From a virus: a stretch of DNA of 46,628 nucleotides. The position numbers were made by a program, and so were the translations under genes. Below the pieces are notes generated by a model. That model saw only the letters and a list, made by a program, of their open reading frames with translations, ran no database searches and was not told the DNA's origin. How positions within the stretch are numbered: position 1 is the first letter of the stretch; every line of letters begins with the position of its first letter. The stretch spans positions 1 through 46,628 of the IMG/VR virus record IMGVR_UViG_3300050196_000201, one strand, 5' to 3'. This document shows, one piece after another, positions 40,566 to 46,628 of this stretch.

Positions 40566-40943
40566 ATGACAAGCCAAGTGTTAGAAACCTTACTAAGCAG
40601 TCAAAGCGACTACTTTTTAATTGAGTTTAAAGACTCAAATAGAGACCACAGAAACCTAGTATTAATAGCTATAACGGATGAAATACGCCAAATTATAGCC
40701 GATAAAACTATTGACACTATAACTTACAAAGATGTCGAAGCTATCAAGCGAGCTTGCATAGATACTAACATCTTTATTAATTCCAGTTTTGCACCATTCC
40801 AAAGCGGTCAAAATGTATTCAGTCGAGCTGATACAATTATGCCAATGAATGAACTACTATCCGATGTCACTTTGAAAGATATTCTAAATAGCGGTATTAG
40901 TTCGATATGGGAATTTAAAAAACATTTCAATATCACAGACTAG
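40566..40943 (+). CDS. Hypothetical protein
   Basis: 125-aa ATG ORF. Confidence 0.5.
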   Translation: MTSQVLETLLSSQSDYFLIEFKDSNRDHRNLVLIAITDEIRQIIADKTIDTITYKDVEAIKRACIDTNIFINSSFAPFQSGQNVFSRADTIMPMNELLSDVTLKDILNSGISSIWEFKKHFNITD

Positions 40944-40982
40944 ACTGTTCAAAAAAATAATCCAAAAATAAACGCTGTAATG

Positions 40983-41013
40983 TTTGCGAATTAAAACAAA
41001 GTTTGTAACTTTG
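40983..41013 (+). promoter_or_regulatory. Bacteroidota-type promoter (TTTG 40983-40986; TAacTTTG 41006-41013)
   Basis: aatgTTTGcgaattaaaacaaagtttgTAacTTTGcagcg is a member of the conserved cassette family. Confidence 0.65.
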
Positions 41014-41056
41014 CAGCGTATTCAAATCATCTAATCAAATTCAAATCAAAACAGTT

Positions 41057-41230
41057 ATGAACCACGATACAATGGTAGCGATTAACACGCTAATCTCGAA
41101 TCTTAATTTTGCATCAAACCTCAAAAGTAATATCGAGGTCGTTTGGGCACTTGAACAACTTTCAAAAGATGCGCTTGCTAAGGCAAATGAAATCCGTTAC
41201 AATCTCGAATCAGAACAAGCAAAAGACTAA
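41057..41230 (+). CDS. Hypothetical 57-aa protein (below the ORF-track cutoff)
   Basis: ATG 41057 lies after the AAATTCAAA motif (41037-41045). The stop at 41228-41230 is 3 nt before the next ATG. Confidence 0.4.
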   Translation: MNHDTMVAINTLISNLNFASNLKSNIEVVWALEQLSKDALAKANEIRYNLESEQAKD

Positions 41231-41233
41231 ACC

Positions 41234-41434
41234 ATGCCCCGTAAATACGAACTACACTACTACTCTACCCTATCTGACTTTAAAAAGGGTATCGAGTACC
41301 TCAAAACCGCAACAGTTGAGGCTACAAGCTTTGACGATGCCGAATCGGTTTTTAAGGCTAAATTCGGGAAGCCTTATATGTTTTTCCAAACCCGCTTAAT
41401 TCCGCTCAAATCAGATGAGCAACGACCTCAATAA
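41234..41434 (+). CDS. Hypothetical protein, paralogous to the C-terminus of ORF 42888..43241
   Basis: 'RKYELHYYSTLSDFKKGI..FGKPYMF' compared with 'RNFKIEYYATLHDYRNGI..LGRIYII'. Confidence 0.45.
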   Translation: MPRKYELHYYSTLSDFKKGIEYLKTATVEATSFDDAESVFKAKFGKPYMFFQTRLIPLKSDEQRPQ

Positions 41435-41464
41435 TTTTATAACCAATAAAATCAAATTCAAATC

Positions 41465-42004
41465 ATGTCAGAACAAAAAACTCACTGGAGAAAATTAGAT
41501 AATCCCGATTATCTCGGAGCCTACTCTATACTAGACGGCTCAAAAAATCCTAAACCAATTATAGCCAAAATCAAGCACGTAAGACTTGAAAACGTGACAG
41601 GTGGTAACGGTAAAAAGGAAGAGTGTAAAGTGTGCTATCTCGAAGGACAAAAGCCGCTTATCTTAAACGCTACCAACTCAAAAGCAATCGCAGCAGTAGC
41701 AAAATCGCCATACATTGAGGATTGGCAAGGCGTTACAATCGAAATCTATGCAACAACTACTAAAATGGCTGGCGAGGTTGTAGATTGTTTGCGAGTTCGT
41801 ACAAGTGCGCCAAAAGTGCAAACTAAACCGTCTTTTGACGAAAGCTTTGAAAAGTACGATGGGTATATTCAAGGTATTAAAAAGTCTGATAAGGGTTTAA
41901 AGCACGTTATTGACACACTAAGCAAAGATTTTACAATCACGCCTGAAATGCACGATTTTTTAGCGCAAATCGTAGGCACTGAAATACACTTGACTAATGA
42001 TTGA
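41465..42004 (+). CDS. Hypothetical protein
   Basis: 179-aa ORF with the AAATTCAAA motif at 41455-41463, coupled to the exonuclease-like ORF. Confidence 0.5.
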   Translation: MSEQKTHWRKLDNPDYLGAYSILDGSKNPKPIIAKIKHVRLENVTGGNGKKEECKVCYLEGQKPLILNATNSKAIAAVAKSPYIEDWQGVTIEIYATTTKMAGEVVDCLRVRTSAPKVQTKPSFDESFEKYDGYIQGIKKSDKGLKHVIDTLSKDFTITPEMHDFLAQIVGTEIHLTND

Positions 42005-42884
42005 GATTAAAAAATTCAAAATACGCTGTTCGGCTATCAGTAAAATTATGACTGATAGCCGAAGTAAAAGCAAAGCCGAAAAAATAGCGGAAGTAAAAGC
42101 AAGTATCAGTAAGCTACAAGCCGAACATGACGCACTGAAAGAAGGCTTAAAATCAAAAGCAGATAAAGCCGAAAAAATCAAAAAGCTAAATTCACAGCTT
42201 GACGAGCTTAATAATTTACCTGGCGTGCCTAATCTTTCAGAGACTTGCAAGACTTATCTTAAACAATGGCTTAAAGAGCAAGTGTACGATGCGAGATACG
42301 ACTTCACTTCAAAGCAGACCTACAAGGGCAATGCCGTAGAGGAAGATGCTATTAATTACGCAAACTTGCATCTTTGGGGCGAGTTTGGAGCTAAAAAAAA
42401 TACAGAGCGTAAGTCTGACGAGTATTCAGAAGGCGAGTGCGATGTAGAATTAAGTGAAAGCATTGAAGATGCAAAAGCTTCGTTTAGTTCTGAAACATTC
42501 CCATTACTTGAAGACGAGCTACCTGATGATGGCTACGAGTACCAAATTCAAAGATATATGCACCTTTGGAAAAAGAAAAAAGGCGGCGTTAATTATATAC
42601 TAATGCCAACGCCCGAAGAGGTGCTTATTGGACTTGCACACCAAAAAGCACGTTATACGCACAATCCTGATAGTGTGGATTATCAAGACAAATACAACGA
42701 TATTTTTCAAAGGCTTACAGATGAGAACGACCGTATAAGTAACCCTAAACTTACACCGCCTAAGTATCGTATCAAACGCTTTGAATTTACTTACGATGCA
42801 GAACTGAACGCTGCAATAGACAAGCGTGTTATTGAGTGTCGGGAGTATATCGAAAAAATCCTTTTACCAATGCTTAAATTGTAG
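41997..42884 (+). CDS. PD-(D/E)xK (YqaJ-like) recombination exonuclease candidate
   Basis: N-terminal 'RCSAISKIMT' and 'GECDVEL..SIEDAKAS' (D..D-x-K arrangement). Confidence 0.45.
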   Translation: MIEIKKFKIRCSAISKIMTDSRSKSKAEKIAEVKASISKLQAEHDALKEGLKSKADKAEKIKKLNSQLDELNNLPGVPNLSETCKTYLKQWLKEQVYDARYDFTSKQTYKGNAVEEDAINYANLHLWGEFGAKKNTERKSDEYSEGECDVELSESIEDAKASFSSETFPLLEDELPDDGYEYQIQRYMHLWKKKKGGVNYILMPTPEEVLIGLAHQKARYTHNPDSVDYQDKYNDIFQRLTDENDRISNPKLTPPKYRIKRFEFTYDAELNAAIDKRVIECREYIEKILLPMLKL

Positions 42885-42887
42885 CTT

Positions 42888-43241
42888 ATGAACCACAAAT
42901 TAAGCGCACTAGAAAGCAATCTAAAACACCTAAAAAAGATGCTTGAAGTTGGTAAAAAATGGGTAGCTTTTATTAAAAAGACTGAACCCAATAGCGACTT
43001 TTATAAGCGTGAGGAGTTTAGAGCTAGGTTAATTCAGCAAAGTATTCGAGATACTCAATACCGTATCAAGATAGCGAGTAAGCGGAATTTCAAAATAGAA
43101 TACTATGCTACTTTGCACGACTATCGTAACGGTATAAAATCGGAAGCTAATATAATATCGGTAAACTTAAAGACTGCAAGGCTTTTACTACGTAAGCGAT
43201 TAGGGCGCATTTACATAATCAATAAACCATTTTTATCATAA
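42888..43241 (+). CDS. Hypothetical protein
   Basis: 117-aa ATG ORF. The C-terminal half is paralogous to ORF 41234..41434. Confidence 0.5.
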   Translation: MNHKLSALESNLKHLKKMLEVGKKWVAFIKKTEPNSDFYKREEFRARLIQQSIRDTQYRIKIASKRNFKIEYYATLHDYRNGIKSEANIISVNLKTARLLLRKRLGRIYIINKPFLS

Positions 43242-43255
43242 TAAAATCAAATCAA

Positions 43256-43642
43256 ATGAGCAAAATTAAATTAGAGGCTGGTATGCGTATGAAGTGCACT
43301 TTTTTAGGAAGTGGGCATATTAGCCATATACGTAAAGGTAATATATCATTCCCAATAAAACTTTCACTTGATGGCGGCTCGAATTACGACTTTACAAAAG
43401 AAGGTAGATATTTACTAAGTTCAAATCCAACCCTTAAACTCCTAAACATTCCCTTTACCGAAGGGCTTGAAGTGGAATGTGATATTTATGGGAGCGGTGT
43501 AGTTTACGCTGTAAATCCCGATACAGATACAATGCTTAGTATATTGGTGCAACTTGCGGATGGTCGCTTTATCCACTACACATTAGACGGACGCATCGAC
43601 TTAAAAGCAAACCAAACTTTATTCCCTAAATTTACAATCTAA
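43256..43642 (+). CDS. Hypothetical protein
   Basis: 128-aa ATG ORF. Confidence 0.5.
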   Translation: MSKIKLEAGMRMKCTFLGSGHISHIRKGNISFPIKLSLDGGSNYDFTKEGRYLLSSNPTLKLLNIPFTEGLEVECDIYGSGVVYAVNPDTDTMLSILVQLADGRFIHYTLDGRIDLKANQTLFPKFTI

Positions 43643-43649
43643 AAACATT

Positions 43650-44036
43650 ATGAGTAATCAAATCAAAGGCAGAATTCACTACATCGGAGCACAAGAGGAC
43701 GTAACAGAAAAATTCTCTAAACGTGCAATTATTATCGAAACGGACGACCAATATACGCCGTTCGTAAAGCTTGAATTTACGCAAGAGCGTTGCGGGCTAG
43801 TCAATAGCTTTGCAGTAGGTAGTGAGGTTACAGTTACGTATGACGTAAAGGGCAGTAAAAACACCTACGTAAATAAAAACGGTCAAACGGACTGCTTCGT
43901 TGCATTACAGGCTTTGAAAATCACAGGCGAACAAAGCGCACCAAAAGCGCAAAGCGGTAAGCCTATGACTAAGGTTGCAGACTTGCCGCATGAAACGGCG
44001 CAAGTTACGCCAATAGACGACGACCTTCCTTTTTGA
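43650..44036 (+). CDS. ssb: Single-stranded DNA-binding protein
   Basis: OB-fold-sized N-terminal part, a flexible Q/P/A-rich linker, and the canonical acidic tip 'DDDLPF' at the C-terminus. Confidence 0.7.
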   Translation: MSNQIKGRIHYIGAQEDVTEKFSKRAIIIETDDQYTPFVKLEFTQERCGLVNSFAVGSEVTVTYDVKGSKNTYVNKNGQTDCFVALQALKITGEQSAPKAQSGKPMTKVADLPHETAQVTPIDDDLPF

Positions 44037-44058
44037 TAACCACCTAAAAACCAATACA

Positions 44059-44520
44059 ATGAGAGTACTAATAGAAACATATCGAGGCTTTGAAATAAGC
44101 TTTGACCCCGCAAATGAAAAGTTTTGGTATTTATCGGAGCGGTATGATACCGAATCGAGTTCTAAGAGCTTTGCAGCAATTAAAAAGGCTATTGATGACT
44201 TTATCAAAGAGAATAAAGACTTTAAGCCTTTTTGGATTGAAAATAAATTAAAGTCTGCTTTTGGCAAAGAAGCTAAACTTAAAGTTGTTGGCATACGCAA
44301 AGACGGTATCCTTATCTACGAGAACAGCAAAGGCGAAAAAGAGCAGCTTTCTAAGTATTACGAAAGTGATTACCTTATTTACAACGAAGCAAATAACTCT
44401 TTGCGCCTTGAAATTGATGAAAAACAAAAAGAAGTAAGCGTAATCAATAGAGAAATCGAAGCTTTAAAAGCAAAGCAAATCGGAACGCCGCTAGCTGAAT
44501 ACAAGGCAACTCTAATCTAA
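44059..44520 (+). CDS. Hypothetical protein
   Basis: 153-aa ATG ORF with a coiled-coil C-terminus. Confidence 0.5.
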   Translation: MRVLIETYRGFEISFDPANEKFWYLSERYDTESSSKSFAAIKKAIDDFIKENKDFKPFWIENKLKSAFGKEAKLKVVGIRKDGILIYENSKGEKEQLSKYYESDYLIYNEANNSLRLEIDEKQKEVSVINREIEALKAKQIGTPLAEYKATLI

Positions 44521-44530
44521 TCACATCAAA

Positions 44531-44553
44531 GCCCCTTAAATGGGGCACTTTTA
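44531..44553 (+). terminator. Terminator-like hairpin
   Basis: GCCCC-ttaaat-GGGGC followed by acTTTT. Confidence 0.45.
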
Positions 44554-44559
44554 CAAATT

Positions 44560-44826
44560 ATGCCTAAACTTGTATATGTCGCAAATATCTCAAACTATCT
44601 AATTAGAGAGTTGAATGTCTTAAAAGAATCCGAAACGCATTACTACACGCACAATAAAGTAACGGATAAATACGAATCATGGTATAAGTCTAGTGTACAT
44701 CTCACGAGAGATGGAGCAGTAAAGCAGATAGAAGTATTTCATAACTTCAAAGTATCAGAGCTTCAAAACAAAATCAAAGCGGCAGAATCTAAGCTGCAAT
44801 CATTCAAACAAAAATATAACCTATAA
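44560..44826 (+). CDS. Hypothetical protein
   Basis: 88-aa ATG ORF. Confidence 0.45.
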   Translation: MPKLVYVANISNYLIRELNVLKESETHYYTHNKVTDKYESWYKSSVHLTRDGAVKQIEVFHNFKVSELQNKIKAAESKLQSFKQKYNL

Positions 44827-45032
44827 TGACCGAACGAAAACAGAAATTGATAGACGCTATTTTAGCGCACAAATCACAGAATAAACTAACACAAGCCTCG
44901 TTAGCTCAAACAATCGGAGTAAGTCGCTCACAAATTGCAAACGTGCTAAAAGGGCGTTTTTGTAGCGTGAACTCACTTTTATCTTACACAAACAAGCTCG
45001 GCATAAAGTTTGAGCTAGTGCAAACTTCGTAA
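44826..45032 (+). CDS. XRE-family helix-turn-helix transcriptional regulator
   Basis: 'LTQASLAQTIGVSRSQIANVLKG' is a classic HTH_3 signature. Confidence 0.6.
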   Translation: MTERKQKLIDAILAHKSQNKLTQASLAQTIGVSRSQIANVLKGRFCSVNSLLSYTNKLGIKFELVQTS

Positions 45033-45033
45033 C

Positions 45034-45384
45034 ATGAGAAAAGCCTACATTTCCGCCCTATTAGCTATTTTCCTATTTAGTATAGGATTTTGCAGCTTGC
45101 ACCACAAAAAGCCGTCACAGCCTAAACAGCAGCTCCAAGAGTGGATAATTCCACTTTATAAAGTACAGCGTGGCGACAGTTCGATATGGTGTGCCTTGCC
45201 TGAATATGTTTTCGAGAAAAACGAAGCTAATGTAATGAACTTCATGTGCAAGTTTCCCGACAGCTTGGAGCGATTCAAGGAATATACTATCAAGTTTCAT
45301 TCTATCGGGTGTTGCGACAAACAAGCAGCTAAGGACATAGCCAAGCAAGGTTTTCTATTATTTAACCCTCAATATGCGAAGTAA
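45034..45384 (+). CDS. Lipoprotein candidate
   Basis: 'MRKAYISALLAIFLFSIGFC' is a signal peptide with a lipobox-like Cys. Confidence 0.55.
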   Translation: MRKAYISALLAIFLFSIGFCSLHHKKPSQPKQQLQEWIIPLYKVQRGDSSIWCALPEYVFEKNEANVMNFMCKFPDSLERFKEYTIKFHSIGCCDKQAAKDIAKQGFLLFNPQYAK

Positions 45385-45824
45385 TGAAAAATAAAATACA
45401 AGCCTTAGTAATTGGTAGCCCTTTTGGAGTTGGCGTGACTGGTTTAAGTCAGTTTGCGCAGAACGAAATATTAAAATATGAAGCTGAAAAAAAGACCATT
45501 GAAGTGCAATTAATAGGCTTAGGCTATGAATCGAACGCTGAAATACTAGCGGACTGGTTAATTAAAGAAGCCGAAAATGTAAGCATAGTAACTGGCAAGT
45601 CTTTTAGTGGCTTAGATTTACTGCAAGTTTATCAAAATAAAGGCTCTGGCGAAATTATTAGTAAGCATGGTTTAAGCACACTTAAAACCATTTTTGAGGG
45701 TTTTGGTAAGTCAGTAGAAAAACTTACATTAACAGCGGTAAAGCTCGAAAATGAATCGTTAGAGGTTCGCCGAAATGGTAATCAAAAATGGTATAACCAA
45801 TTTCCTAAACGCCGTAAAAAATGA
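45384..45824 (+). CDS. Hypothetical protein
   Basis: TAATG coupling to the upstream ORF. Confidence 0.5.
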   Translation: MKNKIQALVIGSPFGVGVTGLSQFAQNEILKYEAEKKTIEVQLIGLGYESNAEILADWLIKEAENVSIVTGKSFSGLDLLQVYQNKGSGEIISKHGLSTLKTIFEGFGKSVEKLTLTAVKLENESLEVRRNGNQKWYNQFPKRRKK

Positions 45825-45946
45825 GAAACTTTAAGACCCACAGAGTGCCAACGTTTAGTCAATTCGAGGCTAATCTAATAGTTTGGAGCTTTACAGGATT
45901 AGCCCTTTCAGTAGTCGGGCTATGCATTTATTATTTAACCGCTTAA
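45821..45946 (+). CDS. Small membrane protein (41 aa, below the ORF-track cutoff)
   Basis: ATGA overlap at 45821-45824, with TM 'LIVWSFTGLALSVVGLCIYYL'. Confidence 0.35.
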   Translation: MRNFKTHRVPTFSQFEANLIVWSFTGLALSVVGLCIYYLTA

Positions 45947-45955
45947 ATCAACAGT

Positions 45956-46216
45956 ATGAATAAAGGAATATCCATATACGCAAAGTTTGGCACAAAAGAG
46001 CGCATAGTAGTATTTTTGCACCCGTCACAAAATAATACACCTAAGTTACTTGCAGATAAGTACGGCGGTGAATGGGTAAAAGTAAATGAATTATGCTTAG
46101 GTGATACGCTTAAATTTGACTCAGATGATATTTATCAAGGCTTTGATAATCGTGATTCAGATAATTACTGCCAAGGCAGCCTAGATATAAACACATTTCA
46201 ATCACAATCTAAATAA
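45956..46216 (+). CDS. Hypothetical protein
   Basis: 86-aa ATG ORF. Confidence 0.45.
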   Translation: MNKGISIYAKFGTKERIVVFLHPSQNNTPKLLADKYGGEWVKVNELCLGDTLKFDSDDIYQGFDNRDSDNYCQGSLDINTFQSQSK

Positions 46217-46223
46217 AACAATC

Positions 46224-46376
46224 ATGCAGGAAGTTTTCAAAATTGCGGAGTTTGATTCACAGGGTAATTTAAAGCTCAAAATTCAAGAGTTTGCAACTTA
46301 CCCTGATGCTGTAAAGGCTATTGAGTCGCTACCAAGTGGTACTTATCAAGTGCAAAAAGTGTTTATTAAGCCGTAA
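46224..46376 (+). CDS. Hypothetical 50-aa protein (below the ORF-track cutoff)
   Basis: ATG 46224 to TAA 46374-46376, followed by a terminator. Confidence 0.4.
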   Translation: MQEVFKIAEFDSQGNLKLKIQEFATYPDAVKAIESLPSGTYQVQKVFIKP

Positions 46377-46389
46377 TTATTACGCAACT

Positions 46390-46425
46390 AAAAGCCTTGC
46401 AGCCTAATAAACGCAAGGCTTTTTA
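46390..46425 (+). terminator. Intrinsic terminator ending the early module
   Basis: AAAAGCCTTGC-12 nt-GCAAGGCTTTTT. Confidence 0.75.
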
Positions 46426-46464
46426 TATTGGTGCAAAAATAATTCAAAGAAATCGTGTGAAATG

Positions 46465-46495
46465 TTTGCAGATTAAAACAAAAGGCGTACCTTTG
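46465..46495 (+). promoter_or_regulatory. Bacteroidota-type promoter (TTTG 46465-46468; TAccTTTG 46488-46495)
   Basis: Identical core to the promoter at 39762-39792. Confidence 0.65.
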
Positions 46496-46545
46496 CATTG
46501 CAATCAAGCGCAACACAATTTTTAATCACTTCAAATTTTAATCTC

Positions 46546-46628
46546 ATGCCAAATACAGCCCAAACAATCTTAGAACAATTAAACCCCCTTATCGAAATCG
46601 CATCTAAAATGATTTTAGCTGGCGTCTT
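46546..46628 (+). CDS. 5' part of the 66-aa ORF (same gene as 45..245, duplicated by the end overlap)
   Basis: Identical sequence to 45-127. Confidence 0.5.
   Translation, partial: MPNTAQTILEQLNPLIEIASKMILAGV

Larger units (their letters stand above)
46461..46628 (+). repeat. Copy A of the ~286-nt direct repeat (continues at 1..245 through the circular junction)
   Basis: Same cassette as 39758..40043. 46502-46628 duplicates 1-127. Confidence 0.85.

Noticed and set aside
41109-41399. Plus-strand 96-aa ORF
   Set aside because: It has a TTG start and low-complexity translation. It overlaps two ATG-initiated ORFs (41057..41230 and 41234..41434) that fit the gene packing and start context.
1-46628. 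CRISPR arrays, integrase/attachment sites, reverse transcriptase (DGR/retron), toxin-antitoxin pairs
   Set aside because: No spacer-repeat periodicity and no recombinase, RT or other such motifs were recognised in any frame. The only repeats are the promoter/gene cassette and short motifs described above.

Overview
The window appears to be a complete phage genome. Bases 1-127 are identical to 46502-46628, giving a 46,501-nt unit that is circularly closed or terminally redundant. The 127-nt overlap is typical of a k-mer assembly. The host is inferred to be a Bacteroidota member. Promoters follow the TTTG(-33)/TAnnTTTG(-7) pattern, there are no Shine-Dalgarno sequences, and start-codon contexts are A-rich. 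About 90 tightly packed ORFs lie mostly on the + strand. They include an early/replication-recombination block: replication-initiator-like protein, YopX, RuvC-like protein, MazG, PD-(D/E)xK exonuclease, SSB and an XRE HTH regulator. There are five tRNAs: Leu-TAG, Cys-GCA, Ser-TGA, Ser-GCT and Ile-TAT. A packaging operon reads ParB-like / TET-JBP dioxygenase / TerS / TerL, followed by a tail block (1091-aa tape measure) and a separate head block (S49 protease, scaffold, major capsid, putative portal). There is also a lysis-like region and two small minus-strand islands bracketed by bidirectional terminators. The items most worth a second look are as follows. (1) A predicted cytosine hypermodification route (C5-MTase plus TET/JBP) with no recognisable decorating enzyme. 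(2) Three recoding-like cassettes: two -1 sites with U-rich heptamer, spacer and hairpin, and one CCC-UAG +1 site. (3) Two ORFs that lack an AUG although they sit in a canonical start context. (4) Two structured non-coding regions (1005-1207 and 12806-12953). (5) Several promoter-plus-terminator mini-units. (6) A roughly 286-nt direct repeat (promoter plus a 66-aa gene) flanking a 6.4-kb early module. (7) A roughly 70-aa domain present in at least four ORFs. All functional calls come from motif recognition by eye and no database search was run.
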